This document shows positions 1 through 14,400 of a stretch of 62,270 bases of DNA, one piece after another. How positions within the stretch are numbered: the stretch's first letter is position 1; every line of letters begins with the position of its first letter. The notes below the pieces were generated by a model, which saw nothing but the letters and a program-made list of their open reading frames with translations, was not told the origin of the DNA and ran no database searches. Position numbers and translations under genes: made by a program. The stretch is from Ylistrum balloti (lineage: Eukaryota). The stretch lies in contig NW_026782068.1 in assembly GCF_031769215.1 (NCBI RefSeq), positions 930,001 to 992,270 of the forward strand. Direction: 5' to 3'.

Positions 1-157
1 AGGAGATTAAAGTATTTTCAACAAGAACTTGACAACATTTCCACTATACCACAAAAAATAATTTATAAAGCCTTTGTCTTTGATGTAGGGAAAAAGGTAA
101 AACGAAGGTTCAATTGACATATTCTTAAATTCCATAATATATATCTTATTTAAATAC

Positions 158-308
158 CTGTTGTATCCGAGTTGTTTGCAAACGACCTTCGCTATGCGAT
201 TGGAAGCACCGTCATCACAAACAGTCCCCCATTCACCGTCATGATATACTTCTAATCTTCCGAAATCGGGTGACGTTCCTCCTACGAGCCTAACACTCTT
301 GCGTTGAC
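158..308 (-). CDS. Gene A exon 2: N-terminal half of an SRCR domain (paralog of gene B); gene continues beyond the left edge
   Basis: Translates [49 protein letters not shown], with SRCR motifs VRLVGG, GRLEV, WGTVCDD and VVCKQLG. Acceptor ttgacag, donor gtattt, phase 1 to 2. 37/50 aa identical to gene B exon 2 by manual alignment. Confidence 0.9.
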
Positions 309-1935
309 CTGTCAAGGAGAGTTCAAGAGGATCAGTCTCAGGTAAATTTGCATGTAACTCTGATTCAATCTAGTTGATAAAACCAATTATTTGACGACTT
401 CAGATCAGAATAGGATGCATATGACAATTAATTTTACTCGGAGTATAAAGGTTTGTAATCGTCATTGTCACATGTAGATCTGGATCATCCTAGAAACATC
501 CCGCATATTGCTGTGGAAAGTCTTCTATGGAACATTTAATTTCCACTTTTATACTTATGTAACATGGATGAAGACAAATGATGACACCTTTATATACATC
601 TATGTATCAATAGTCAAATTTTAACATTTCTATGCACATTAATTCTGAACAGTGCTATTTATCTATGTAACGTAAAAAAAATGAATATATAAGGAAAGTC
701 TAAAACATTGCTTACCGTACTTAATGATAATATAAAGTAAGGGGTTATATTACATTTTAAAACACTTTTCAACACAACTTTTATGGCATAAGAAACCGGT
801 AATGCTGAAAAAAAGGCTAAAGCTCCTTCAGAAATTAATTAAAATACCACTGGGCAACCTGCTTATATCAACACTTTCCTTGCCATGTCAAATAGATTGT
901 GTGAAATCAACATTAGCTTTTCCACATATGTATGAATCGAACTGCCATAAAAAAGAAACACACAGTTTAAGTTCACTTTGATCGAGCATATTGCGATTAA
1001 ATGTATGTAGCTAGAATGAAAATTCAAATCTGAAAAGAAGCTTTACTTATATTGTACAATAGTGTTTTTCTCACAAAATTGCTTTAACAAATTATAAACT
1101 TTATTAGTATTTCATAACTTTTAAAAAATGTGAGAACCGCAAGTACATGGAAAAGAGGTACAATATGTGGAACTTATATACATCCTTTGGTATTTGGGAA
1201 ACTGTCGCCGTCGCATTTTAGATATTGTAACCCAGCATTTTATTTCAAATTATATCTAGTTTTAATTCAAATGGGATTAACGAAACAGATAACGAAGATG
1301 ATAGAGAGGTGAATGAAAAGACAATGGAAATTTCTATTTAATGCAAAGGTGGTTAAACAGCATGTGCATGATCTGCATAAATCAATCAAACCATTAGTTT
1401 TAATTAAAATGATGAATGTGACTTTCATGATCAGTGTTTTGTTGAGCCGCTCTACACTATTCGACATGCGAGTACGTTCACTGTTTAAATGTGTTCTTAT
1501 TTGTTTACGGTACATCTGCCAGGTCGTGTGATGTTACCGAACGAAATACATGTAAGGTACCGTTGACACAAACAAATACGAAATTTTGACAACATTAACT
1601 TATATTTTTGCTTTTCCCAACTTAGTTTGGTTATCAAATTACATTAAGTCAACATGGTCACCGAAACATATTTTGTTACCTAAGCTTGTCACAAGAGACG
1701 ATCTCACTGATTAAAGAAAAGAAAATTATGTTTAAAGATATTCAATTAAAAAGGCAATCTGACTGATTATTAACTGTGTGTCATTGTTTAACTGTGCCCG
1801 ACAGTTGTGACGGAAAGCGTTTTTAATTACCTTAACACCATCTTTATTCTTCCAAATTGTTGGATACCTTTTGAATTTGAAACGGAGTAACATATATATG
1901 GACGAAACAATGTGGACCTGTGAAATTATACTTAC

Positions 1936-2008
1936 TTGAAACTGGTACAAGATTAATTAGCAACACCAGTAAGATTGCGCACGCCTTCTTTGTCCATGGT
2001 GGGTCCAT
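1936..2008 (-). CDS. Gene A exon 1: signal peptide MDPPWTKKACAILLVLLINLVPVS
   Basis: ATG at 2008, hydrophobic core, consensus donor A|gtaagt in phase 1, splicing in frame to the SRCR exon at 308. Homologous to gene B exon 1 (MDPPWT...CAILL...VSS). Not in the ORF track (too short). Confidence 0.82.
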
Positions 2009-2057
2009 GCTAAGAGACGGAGGTGTATTAAACTAGAAGTTATTTCTCAGTGCAGGT

Positions 2058-2155
2058 CTCTTATAACTCCTGTTGTCAAGCATTTCATGGGGATAACCTA
2101 TGTGCTTGGAAACTATCTCGTACCTGTTTGGTCATGTGAGTAACTTCCTTGTTCG
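2058..2155 (-). promoter_or_regulatory. Gene A proximal promoter: TATA-like TATAAGAG (2065-2058) and ETS-type site in CGAACAAGGAAGTT (2155-2142)
   Basis: The same 14-mer and a GAAATGCTTG..TATAA.AGACC block occur upstream of gene B exon 1 at similar spacing. Confidence 0.55.
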
Positions 2156-4643
2156 GAGGGTGACTAAATAAAGAACTACATTACAGCTGTCAAATGATTG
2201 CTCTATTCGTTTACACATTGGTATAGAGGGCCATAGATCATAAAATGCCTGCTATAACATGCTTAGCCTGGCCAGTAATTGTTATTAGCTATTTCTGCAG
2301 AACAAATCGGTAAAGATTTGGATAAAATACTACAAATTGAACATATGATAAATATGTTGTATGTAAAATATAGGTATCCATATATTATGCATTCAGCAGA
2401 GCAGCACACCCGGTGCTTAAATTGTGGCGGTTGTTCGCATCCTATAATTACAGAAGGAAACTTTTGTATATTTACCACCTATTTTTCTTCTTATGCACTC
2501 ACGTCTACATGTTTCCATTGACACTGCCCTTATGATTTGAGAGAAAAGCTTTTGGTTCTATTCATGACCAAACTATTATGAATTCGTTGAAACTAGTTCT
2601 TGGAGCAAGTCATTGACATTCAACACAGATTATATCTATAAGAAAGAAACCATCCTCTTGTAAATATAATCTCCGGGTGGGGCATATTGCTATTGTGCTA
2701 CGTTGTACCTTGGTTGACCAGTCCTATTGAAGGCGGAAACAACATAGTATCTATATTAGTAATATTGTTTATTATACGTTTGTATTACACGTTTTTTTTT
2801 GCCGGTGTAATTTTGTTTATCGCTTAATGTGAACACTTTTACAATGATTGTTCAAAACCGGAACTTACTATATTCTCACTCGATTTCACTTTCTAATTCG
2901 TCACAAGGTACCTGACGCCAAGAAGTGACGACGTTACACCAGTCTTATAACAGGTTTGTTATGTAATATCATGAATTGAAATGTAAATCAAACATCAAAA
3001 TTCAGTGACATTTCATTAAAAAAAATTATAAAAAATAATATACATTCAAGCCAAGCATTTTGCGATGATTCCGCATGAATCTACTTTCTAAACGATTATC
3101 TATATCAAGTGGAGTCTGACAAAACATTACGGTACAACATTGACGTCCATTTTCTTTATAATAGATGATTCGTTGACTTTAAATATATCGCGCAAAATAC
3201 ATTCAAATCAGTTCATGTTTATATAAATTGAAAATCCTATCACCCTTAGGAATGCCCGGTTACATTCTTTCATAGGAAAGCATAGTAACAGTAGAACACA
3301 CAAGCAATGTAATGTTTAGATGAACATATTTGAAGAGAAAGATTTCTCGCGTCAGTGTAAATCTTTTGATTGATATTAACAAGGCTGCAAATCTATTTTA
3401 TTTATGTAAGATAAAACACATCAGGGAGGTACGGACCTTCGACACAAAAGGTGTTTACCACAATTATACAATAGTCCCACAGATTGAATCTGTATTTTAT
3501 CATCACTTTGAAGATTTTTTACGTTTTCGTGTCCTTACCTTTACAGCGACTTAGGACATCAACGGCAATCCGTATATGTTACGAGAAGGATTTAAGTTTT
3601 AGTTTGATGTTCAATGTCGGTGACAAGGAAGTTACCCCTCACTATGTATACGATAGGATTAACGGAAAAGATAACGACAAAAATTAAGAGGTGTGAACAA
3701 AGAACAATGGATATGTTTGTTTAATGTTCAATTGGTGCAATATCGTGCGCAGGATCTTCGTTCATCAATTACACTATGAAAAGGATGGATGCTTTAATTA
3801 GGTAAATATTTGTTAAGAACATTTGAACCTGTGCCGTTGTGTCTACGTTTTGAACATTGAAACTTGAATCTTTCATCTAGATGTACACAATCATGTCCAC
3901 TCAACGTGGCCGGATTGGGTAAAATGTCATCTTGTCCATGATGTGGCATTTCATAACACTATAAAGGCGTCCGTCAATGACCAAATACCGCCTTCATATT
4001 ACTTTTTTTCTGCTTTCTCTTAAGAAGGCATTTAAAGTCTGATGTGCCCACTTAATGCTTGTACAAGACAAACACAAGTTTTTCAAACAAATTTAGATTT
4101 AATTACAGCAGTCAAATTATGGATTAAACTTGGACTTGAAGATGCATTAAACCTATATTTCAGCAAATGATTTTTGCCAACGAACCGATTTTAACTTTAT
4201 TATGTGTTATCTGTAACACCTCGAGGACAACCCATAACCAAAGGAATGTTTTAAAATCCTCAAGGTCCATAGGGCCTGTGTCGCAAACCATGGGTGTATG
4301 ACAATATATGTTATTTCTTTACAAAATAACCCCCGGGTACAAAAAGTCGTGAACACTTTAAGAAGTGCTTCAAAGTTTTTGTTCCAGATCAGGAATTAAA
4401 ACATTGTAAAATAAAACAAAAGTTCTCATACATGCAAAAAATCATGTCGGGCACATTTCTAGATCTGAAACGCGATGGACCTACTAACCATTTTTTATGC
4501 TATTTGCTCATCATGTAGACAACCAATGGGGAAATTTCAGAAAAGAATGTAAAAAAGGAACAAGAAAAAGGACACCAACATGCAAGTCATAATCCAAACT
4601 CCAATTTGATAAAACTAGTGCAAAATATAAACAAAATATTTAG

Positions 4644-4880
4644 ACGGAGACTTTGGATAAAGGACAAGGAGAATAAAACCGGGAGTTTCGGTAAAGTAAG
4701 CGTCGTTTGCTTCATCGACGACACTTGCCAAGTAAGTAATGTCAGGTTTTTATGAGAACAAGGTATACAACGGAGGAACCAACAGGCAAACTAACGGCTG
4801 TGACGACCGTAAAACTTCCCAGTAACTTTCATCAAAAGGCATCTTTTGAAAGTTTAATAATACATTTGTTAGTTGACGAC
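4644..4880 (+). repeat. Dispersed SINE-like repeat, copy 1
   Basis: ACGGAGACT...AAGGACAA...CCGG...GTAAGCGTC...CAGGCAAACTAACG...AAAACTT.CC..TAA.TTTCATCAA...CTTTTGAA aligns by eye with 44764-45050; shorter fragments near 15448, 33726 and 57870. Family unassigned. Confidence 0.55.
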
Positions 4881-7800
4881 TTCCCGCTCGAAAACCACGA
4901 TAATGGGAGAATCCCTTAAATATTGAATGAACTGTGACGTATAAGCACCAGCGTCATGAAAGTATCTGACAGTGAAATTAAATAACTATGAAGATTTTTG
5001 TGCCCCCATGTTGATAAACTCTTCCATAAATTCAGTATCGTATAAGTCAGAAAAAACAAGACTTCTATGTCTTTTGTAACCTTTTGATTATATTCTCGGA
5101 ATTGTTGAAGAATTTTTTTTTTCACAAATATTTAAGATATTTTTGTAAAATCGTATCAAACTGTTGTCTTTCAATGACCTACAGATCTACATGATATGGT
5201 TGCGGTGCAGAGGCAACGCAATCGACTGTCATTGACCGGGGGTTATTACCATAATCGGAGGAGAAAATACCCTGTTTCTCGAAGCGAGACCACTCGTGCT
5301 CTTCCACCCGGACCAACACGAGTGGTAACCGATAATGTATGGAACTTATTCCCACAGTTGTTGTAAAAGCAGTTTAACCTGTGATATATTAGATGCCATG
5401 AAAATGATGGTAACATCATTCATTTTAAGTTTTGTGAGAATTAGTATTTTCAGAAAATAATTTCTTCCTATACTCTATTAAGAATCTTTAAATATTTCCT
5501 TGTTGAATTATAACGATAACCAGTTCGTGTCATTAGGAATATGTTACTCCCAGTCGTGATTGACTTTTGTCTACATTTATATATATTACGAGTTTATTTG
5601 CCAGACTATATGAGAACGGGATTACTACCCACATCGAAAAGAAATGTTCACACTCTCGCCGTTGTAAAACAGCATGCATTCACAGAACATAAACACGTAA
5701 TAAACCGGAAGTTGTAAAACGTTTGTAAACAAAACTGATGCGTGGTTTGCTAAGGCTTAAAAAGCATTTGGTGTAAACAGACCGATCTTTTAGATAAAAG
5801 TGTGAGGAAATAGGCCAAGGTCAGCAGAAAGGATTAATCTACATTATGTATAAAGAAGGATTATTTGAAATTCAACTCCCGACAGCCTTATCAATACAAA
5901 ATGGAGAAACAACATCATGTATTTTGAGTTGCGGTGAGGCAGCGAGGAGCACAGGACACTCAATTTGGTTACGAAAACTAAGAAATGTATTTCAATATGG
6001 GGCTGTTGCATCTGCTCGTCCACATTTTGATTTTTCTCATCCGCCTTGTAGCGTCCAAAATTTAGGCTTTTGGTATCACTGGCGAGTTCTAGAAGGACAT
6101 AACAGCTGTATAATGCAGTTTAATTTATTGTTTGGTTGTACTGTATCTAACTCTAACTTATTTAAAAGGTGTTAATCACGTTTATGTCTTTTTAAAATCC
6201 TACGGTTAAAACACAATATAAGAAAACTTCAATTTAAAGGAACGACAACTAATAACTGATGTAGATATCAACAACAGGTCCCATGAATGTACACCACCTC
6301 CGGTAAAAAGACAAGGTGCAAAGTACAAACATACAGAACAAACTATCGCCAACAGTCAATTTTATCTTGTTCCTATTACCCGCAATGAAAATAATAGTGT
6401 TCACGTACAGTGGTTTCTAAATAAACACAAATAATCATAAATGGTACAAAATGACATATGCCGTGTGTGGAATCTAAACGTCTGTAAACATTTATAGCAA
6501 AAATACTTGAAAACGATATACATGACATACAAGCTGTCCGTAAATCAGAACATTAAAAACGACCCATCATACGATAAAGGATTCCCGCTCTTTTTATAGT
6601 CAGGATATACACATCATATCGGCAATCTTGTCAAATACTGAAGCTTTATCTACCCCATCTAGCAACACTGGGTAACACAAAAATGCGTTACAGTTTGTCC
6701 TCGTAAGAAAGTATAGAAAACACAATCAGTTCTGTATTCAGTGGCAGAAATATTTACGGCGAAATATCAACATTTCTATTTACAATATCAAGAATACGAC
6801 CTTATAAACGTATTCACCTGTCATCGCCGTCACCTTATGATCCGCGTGCGGGTGTAACTGATTGTTGGAAGCTTAGGATAACTTTTTTTAAATAAAGTAT
6901 CATATGATTGTAAGAAAGTATGTTACCGCCGTGATTTATTCAAAGAAGTATGAAATGCATAATGTACTCTACAAAGCAGTGAAAATAAAGACATCATTAT
7001 TTTCTTGTCTTTTTTTTTATATTTGTCAGCATATATTTCTCTTGATATCAGTATATTTTAACACATTGGGGATATAGGATAGAAAAGGGATCATTCTCTA
7101 GTTTGAATGCAGGAGAGAAAATCTTCAATCATCTCTTGATAGGTAGTTGTGATTCTCTTCCTTGGGTAGGGATTTCTCTGTTCAACCCCCCAAGCTAGGG
7201 AAAGATCCCATTGATCTGTGCGTGTATTATTTCGAACTTATATAAATTCACAACTATATCATTGTTAAAAGTGTTTATATATCAGGAGTTTCTTTACACA
7301 AACATTACCTTAATTTGATATTGCAAGATTTTTAACAAGCAAGTTTTCTCCTGTTTGCGGTTTTTCTTTCGACTGTTACGAATTAATATATCACACACTT
7401 TAAAAACGAACCAATGCACAATTAAGCAGTAAAAGTACACAAGTATACTTTTGACGTCATATATTAAATCTTAGGGAGGAGTTAACCATTCAATATACAA
7501 AGAATTATCCAGAAAAAGACAACTTTCACAACTTTCCATCAACCGTGATTATTTCAATTACCCTGGAGTGAATATTCCATTTCTGGAATACCTGCATCCC
7601 CAGCCTACGGTCTTCAAATGTCACAGTAGATTCTATATTCAAGGACCTGTTCCCATTATCACGATCTTCGTGCAGAAAGCGACAAAATGGCGGGCAAACC
7701 CGTAGCAAAATAATGAAACTTACGCGGAAGGTTAATGGTCGTCATAGTGATCTTTTATTGAAATGATTTATGCCTTAATGCGATAGGAAGCGGAATATAC

Positions 7801-10397
7801 TAGACGTATTTTCGTTTGCCTGTTTGTTCCGTTGGTACAAACAGTGTTCTTATTTCAGAATACTTACATGGATTGACCAAGATATACATGGCGGGTGTCG
7901 TCGGTGAAGCAGAAGACGCTTTCTCTTTGGGAACATGAGATCTCATTCTCTTTGTACTTGTTCAGACGTCGTTTGTAATCCCTCCTTATTCATATTTCCC
8001 CCAATTTTAATAAATTTGAGTTTGGATAATGATAATGTTGACATGTACTCGTTTATTAATGCTATATCCGAAAGGTTGACCTTACACAAACTCGGTGTAA
8101 GTAGTATATTATTCAGGGAACTGGTTCTTAACAAGTTTAGTTTACAGAACAATATCATATACAAAGCATCAGAAACTAATTTACTTTTCTTACAAAAATG
8201 CTATCTAACTTTATTGGGAGAGCCAGGATACCCGGATATTGATAATAACCGATGAAGTAGCTAGATTTGGCTAGAGAATATATTGTTTGGGATTTCAGTT
8301 TTAAAACTATCTGCAGATTTTTTATCATAATTATAGACTTGTCAATGACGATGACAATGATGATGCAAAATACTGTAAATTGCTGAAGATAGTAATATTG
8401 ATATATATATAGGGACAACATACAGATATTAGGCGCTACACTTGGCAAAGAATACACACAGTGAAACAGGTTAAACTGGAGTTCTTTTTTGTCTTTGAAT
8501 CTCTTCCATCGTGTTCTGACCAATTAAAAAATGCACAGGAGTTTCTAATGATGACTTAAGTCCAAGTATAATTTTGAATTAATTTTAAAGATGGACAGGT
8601 CGATAAAAACATACCAATCCTTAACAGTATGTATCTGAATATTGGAATCAAATGAAGGGTTATATTGTGAATATCAAGCTGCACTATCTATAATCTTTAG
8701 TCTCTTAGGTCATATTCATGATAGTGAACTATCATTTATAAACAAACAGAAACTTTCTTTTACACTAACCAAAAAGTTCTATGTAGAATTGGGTACAAGC
8801 CGGAATATAAATCACTTCTTGGTTACTAACATATTTCCTTATGAAGTGAAATTGTACCGTAGTGTAATATGTACTTTTTGTACCATGGGAAATTAAACTA
8901 TTGTTGCTCATGGAATCTAAAGACGTCTTGGGATTAAAGACATGTTGGATTGGTTTTGATATTTTTTCTTTATTATTTACATCCCTTTTTCTCTGGAATA
9001 TTCTGAGAATGTTGTACATATGTTGATAATAAAATCTCAATTATTATCAAACACTATATCTATAAATTTTCTTAATACTTGTGAGCAATATACAGTTCAA
9101 ACACTTTTTACAAAGCAAAAGTGATAATCATAGTTGTGATATGTATTTATCATTTTGTGGTTAACACAATTCGTATTATATACCGTCTTATACCTGTAAG
9201 AGTTACCATGTTTCAATAACATGCAATAAATTAAGGTAAGAATGTTCCCATTGGTATCAGTATATAATATAACATAATATAATACAACATGTTGATATAT
9301 GTATATATTATGAAAAGGTCGACAAAATCGTATCAAAATATCATAATTTTATTTGTTAACTGTCAAAAATACTTCTACAAAGTGTTGATATGAAACACAA
9401 CAGCATGAATTTAGACAAAAACACCAGAAAGCCCTGCACCCTAGAGCTGGAAACATTTTTCATCGCTTCCTTTAATCGCATGAACATACCTTTTTGTTTT
9501 GTCTCCGCTCCTGCAAAGCTGGTTGCAAACCATGGATAAAACCAGGGATAAACCATGATATTTTTCAAGTTGCATGATATCATTTCCTTTTTATAGAGTG
9601 CATTTCCAGAATGTATATGCATGCTGATTGCACAAGTGAATAACAACTTTCCACGCTTTGATTGATCATTCTGATGGACAACAACCAAAAACATGAAACA
9701 TAAATATAATATTCTTTATTTCCACACAACACTGCAAATAACAATTGCAAACTTTATATAAATACTCAAAATTTGATTGATTAATTGAAAGATTGATTCG
9801 GATTAGTTTGAAAATGTTGGAAGTAGATTGGCGAATGCGTTATTTCATTTTAATAATTAACGTATGGGTAATTTATTGATAAAAAGTTTATAGTGAGTTT
9901 TTATAAATAAAACAATAGTGTTGTAAATGTATATAAATATAAGGCGAATGATGCGTAAATATATAGTACAGAAACAGGTCTGTATGATATCGTTTGCAAT
10001 CACACCGAGAGCGTGGAAAACACGTCTATTCTCAGGTACGACAGGGTGCAAAACTGCACGCGATATTGTAACGTACCGTCGCACATCACCTTCGGGACGA
10101 GTTGGCATATGATCGAGCGTGTCGCGATGGCCAATTCGTCCAAGATAACGTCAACACAATGCACCGTGTGCGTCCAAAGATCCTTTTCCACAACAATAGT
10201 ATACCCATATACAGATAAAATCAGAAAAAAATCAATAGAAAATGATTCCAAACTCCTATAATCTACCTGGATTTACCAGGGCTACAAAATTGTAACGCTT
10301 GACCCGTATATGGCGTTACAAAGCTTGTATAATCCTACACAAACATGGATGAAAACACATTTAATATATATATTTATGTATTAACTACTTCAAAGGT

Positions 10398-10964
10398 CAG
10401 GATATCGGGTATATAGATAATGAAAACCATTCCTAAATTATAAATTAAGTCAGTAAAAATATTTTTGCGAGTTTGCATATTCTGATACAAACGCAATGTG
10501 ATAGCCAAACTTTTGAAAGCAACGGAAATAAGTCATTTTTCTGATCTATGTTTTTGGTCTCTTATTAAATGTAAATCCATCCCTAACTTTTCTCCTCGCC
10601 AAAGTTTAACCAATAAGTAGGAGTTGTCGCCCTTGGTTTCTCCCGCGATATGCTACACTGGACGTGATACACTGACAAGAGACGCTCAAGTGTAAACGAA
10701 TAAGAACACTAATAACTCGTTTAAAAATTCATTTATTTATTTATTTAAATTATCATCATTTCTCAAATTATTTGCTCATCAACAAGGTTTTAATGATTTA
10801 ATGCCATTCGATATAAACAGTTACATAATGCAATAATAACAATCCATATTTGCAATATATGCGAGAAAAAAACATAAACCACCACACTACTTGACTATTG
10901 TATAATGTACAGATAAAATGTAGCATGTACTTACTATTACGATCATATACCCGATATTTCCCTG
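10398..10964. mobile_element. Putative MITE (~570 bp)
   Basis: Perfect 13-bp inverted repeat ATATCGGGTATAT (10402-10414) / ATATACCCGATAT (10945-10957), with outer CAGG...CCTG. No ORF and no TSD recognised. Confidence 0.4.
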
Positions 10965-11050
10965 TGTAATGCCCGCAGATGATACTAGAAAAGTTTCACA
11001 AAATACAGCCATACTGATATTTGCGTTGGTAATTATAAAATAAAACTTAA

Positions 11051-11065
11051 AGTGTACCCTGAGAG
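11051..11065 (+). repeat. Kolobok left TIR
   Basis: AGTGTACCCTGAGAG, preceded by TTAA. Confidence 0.92.
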
Positions 11066-11413
11066 GTCAGCCATGTTCACCTTGAAAAATAGTTCTGCAC
11101 ATAAAATACACAATGCCGAAAACGCGAATGCCGTGGAATGTTCCGTTACTGAGAAATTGCGACTTTTCTGAAAAACACACCTTTGGCCGCGAGGCGTTGA
11201 CCTTGTTTTCGGGCACTCAAACCTGTGATGTCATAAGTTCAACGCTTTTGCTGATGCAGCCATATTGTCTTTACTGTGCTACATGTGATTGTGATCTATT
11301 TTGGGATTTTCCGGAGTAATTTCTTTGTTTATTTACGTGAAAGTACTTCACATCTTCGCAATATTTAAGGTAGTGAACGAGGGGTTGGTGAATTAGCGCT
11401 TAAATCCACTAAA

Positions 11414-14400
11414 ATGGCTTCATATCGATGAGGGAAGCGGTGTGCAGCGTACGGTTGTCCTAACACTAGCACGGATGGGGTGTCGATGCATGCCTTCCCA
11501 TTAAATAGACCAGATGTATGCAAACAGTGGATTCAGTTTGTCAGGAAGAAGAGAGACTTGTGGAAAGGTCCAACGAAGTATTCATATTTATGTTCAAAAC
11601 ACTTCGACGGATCTTCATTTCCAATTCGGTATATTGAAATTAAAGCAATGGATCAGACTCCGCCGAAGAGTTCAACTAAATGACGATGCTGTACCCACCA
11701 TACAGTCAGATGATGATGTTGTGGACATGGTGACATTGTCACCTGTTTTTGAATCAACTCCAAAGGTGAAGAGACTACGAACAGCTTACGTAAAGCGGGA
11801 GAATAAAAGGGTGAGTTTCAAACATAAGCTGAACGTATTTACAGAAAGCCCTAGACCTACATGAAATAATTAAAAATAAATCCTACTTTCGGTTTATCCG
11901 GCCAAATAATTGTGATCAAATGCGATGGTTGCGTGTTGGTTTGTGAGGTAGGGTATGTACATTTGTGTTTGGGGGGGGGGTCAAACCTTTTAACTATGTA
12001 TCTGCACAGCACATAAATATTTATGGCTTATTTCATACATCAGTGATGTCATCACACATCTAATGGAAACAAATTCTTTATTGCTAAAGTTGAAAATTCT
12101 GATTTCATGTAAAATTAATTACATATTTCGCATTAAAATCTGAATGTTTCATTTTGTCATCAGAATAGCACTCCAGTATGATTCTCAACAGGAAGTAAAT
12201 CCAGCACAAGCCGTGGAAAAAAACCTGTAATAACGATGTGGATATGGACACTGATGCTTGTCAATTGCTCATAGATACTCTGGCACAGGTATGTACTGTA
12301 ATTTGTAATTTTCTTTCTACAGATCATGATTGAAAGGTGTTACATTAGTGTTAGGAATCGACTGGGAAATTCACAATCGATAATTGGATGAGGTATTTCG
12401 ATTGATAATCGGTTTACAAGTTTTCAAAAAATTGTATCCAGATAGACATGAGTATATAACTAATATCGAATATTTTCATAGATTTTTTTAGAGTTCTGCC
12501 TCAACTGTCTCTTTTAAACTTCTGTCTGCGGTCTTATTCAGACACACCAGTCGGAAAATGTTCAGACAAAGACTTGTGCCACCCAGCTGTCCTACAGTAG
12601 ACCACTGTCAAAGAGTGTCCGCATTCAAGTGAAACCGCATAGGAACGAAATAGGTACTGTGAAACATCTTTCTTCATTTAATGTACTTTTAAAACAAAAT
12701 GGTCATTTACAGTAGGAGACCTATTTTGGTTAAGCTCTTATAACTTCACGCATCAAAGATTTTCTATGGACAATTGAATAAAGATTTATGCGCATATGGC
12801 CCATGGCCCCTGTAATCCTTCCCATTCCCTGCTTCATAGCTAGAGGAAACTGAAGATAAGATGGCTGGCAGGCAGCCATTTTGAATTTTTAAAAGTAAAA
12901 GTTTGTTACTGCTATTTCCGAGAAAGTACTGAATGTATGTGTTGTACTATGTTATAAAAGCTGTAAAAATTAAAAACAAGTGAACAGAAAAGGTCATCTT
13001 TGAAGATCTGATAAAAGGTCATCAAATGATGGGTGCCAAGATCTCTCTGGGATCTCTGACTATAACTTATAACCATACTTTTAAGAGTTTTTTTTCAATT
13101 TACTAGGATGCCAGATCATGCAGAAGAGGCCAATAATGAAAGATGCAGAGACCCAATGTAACATCATAAAAACACCAGTTTTGCAGCAGATAAAAAACAG
13201 AACAAGATCTTGACATTTCATGGACTTCAACAAATCAACTAGATGACACTAGTGACTTGACCTACTGCCCATCAGAATCAGATCAGACTAAAGTGAACTC
13301 AGAATGTGATGAGAATATGTAAGTTTTTATGATAATTAAAAAAAAAAACTTTCTTGGTGTACTTGTAATGATATCAAATTTTGCTTACTCTATTTATCCT
13401 GCACTAAACTTCTGGTCACAGGATCTTGAAATTCGGCCTATATTGGTTTATTGTGGGGTGTTGATGTGTGGTGTACCAAAATAAGTCACTTTGACCTTTG
13501 TCCTGCATATTTAGCCTAGTTGGTTCACCTTGGTTAAATGGTTCAATTTTTTTACCAAAATTATGATAGCAAGGCATGATTATCCATTGAGATTGTTATT
13601 TGTCCACTTGTCTTGTTTTTGAAAGGAAATTTTGTGGTACATCATTGACTAAACTCATTTAAAAGCTTGTTGATATACTTTTCTATATTTGTAAGTACAA
13701 GATTCTTTTTCATATTGTAGATCTTCATCAGAAGAGAGACTATTCCTAGTTGCTGAGAGTAGTCTCCTCCGTTTGTTTAGTACATGTGTCCGATGTTCTT
13801 CACTTGCTTTAGGGGAACTGAGCCAAGTGTTTGGGACAATGGTGAAAGTAGAGCAGACTTGTGGTACATGTGGCTATAATTGGGAATGGGAGAGTCAACA
13901 CATGATTGGTTCAATCCCATATGGAAATCTTCGCTTGTCATGTGGTATCCTTTTTGCTGGATCTCTGCCATCCAAGGCTTCACGAGTGTTTGATTTCATG
14001 AATGTGCCTTCCATATCAAATGACACTTTTCTGAAACATCAGAAGCATTATCTACAGCCTGTCATTGTGGATGTATGGGAATCTAGCAGGAGGGAACATA
14101 TACAGGAGATTAAGGCAGATAGAAGGACTATATCTATCTGCGAAGATGGGCGATGCGACACTCCAGGTCATTCTGCTAAATTTGGCAGTTATTCAGTCAT
14201 GGACTTGGATGATGGCAGAGTCCTTGATATCCAGTTGGTTCAGGTATGAATGTAACAGATTGATATTCGACGTCTTTATAAAAAAAACCCCGTAGTTTGC
14301 AATAGTTACTGCATTGACAAATGCAATGATGAACTAACAGTAAATGTACAGAATTTATTGCTATCAAATTTTAAATAGTAATGACATTTTTTTAAAGTGT

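Noticed and set aside
5289-5326. Perfect 10-bp hairpin ACCACTCGTG/CACGAGTGGT in a GC-richer patch
   Set aside because: Probably part of a SINE or Helitron-type repeat; no second copy or termini in the window to support a call.
7500-8523. Several 60-115 aa ORFs on both strands
   Set aside because: No motifs, low-complexity composition, no splice-consistent model.
10266-10320. Adjacent hairpins CCTGG/CCAGG and TGTAACGC/GCGTTACA resembling a mini-LTR or Helitron end
   Set aside because: Only 5-8 bp stems, no TSD, no associated ORF.
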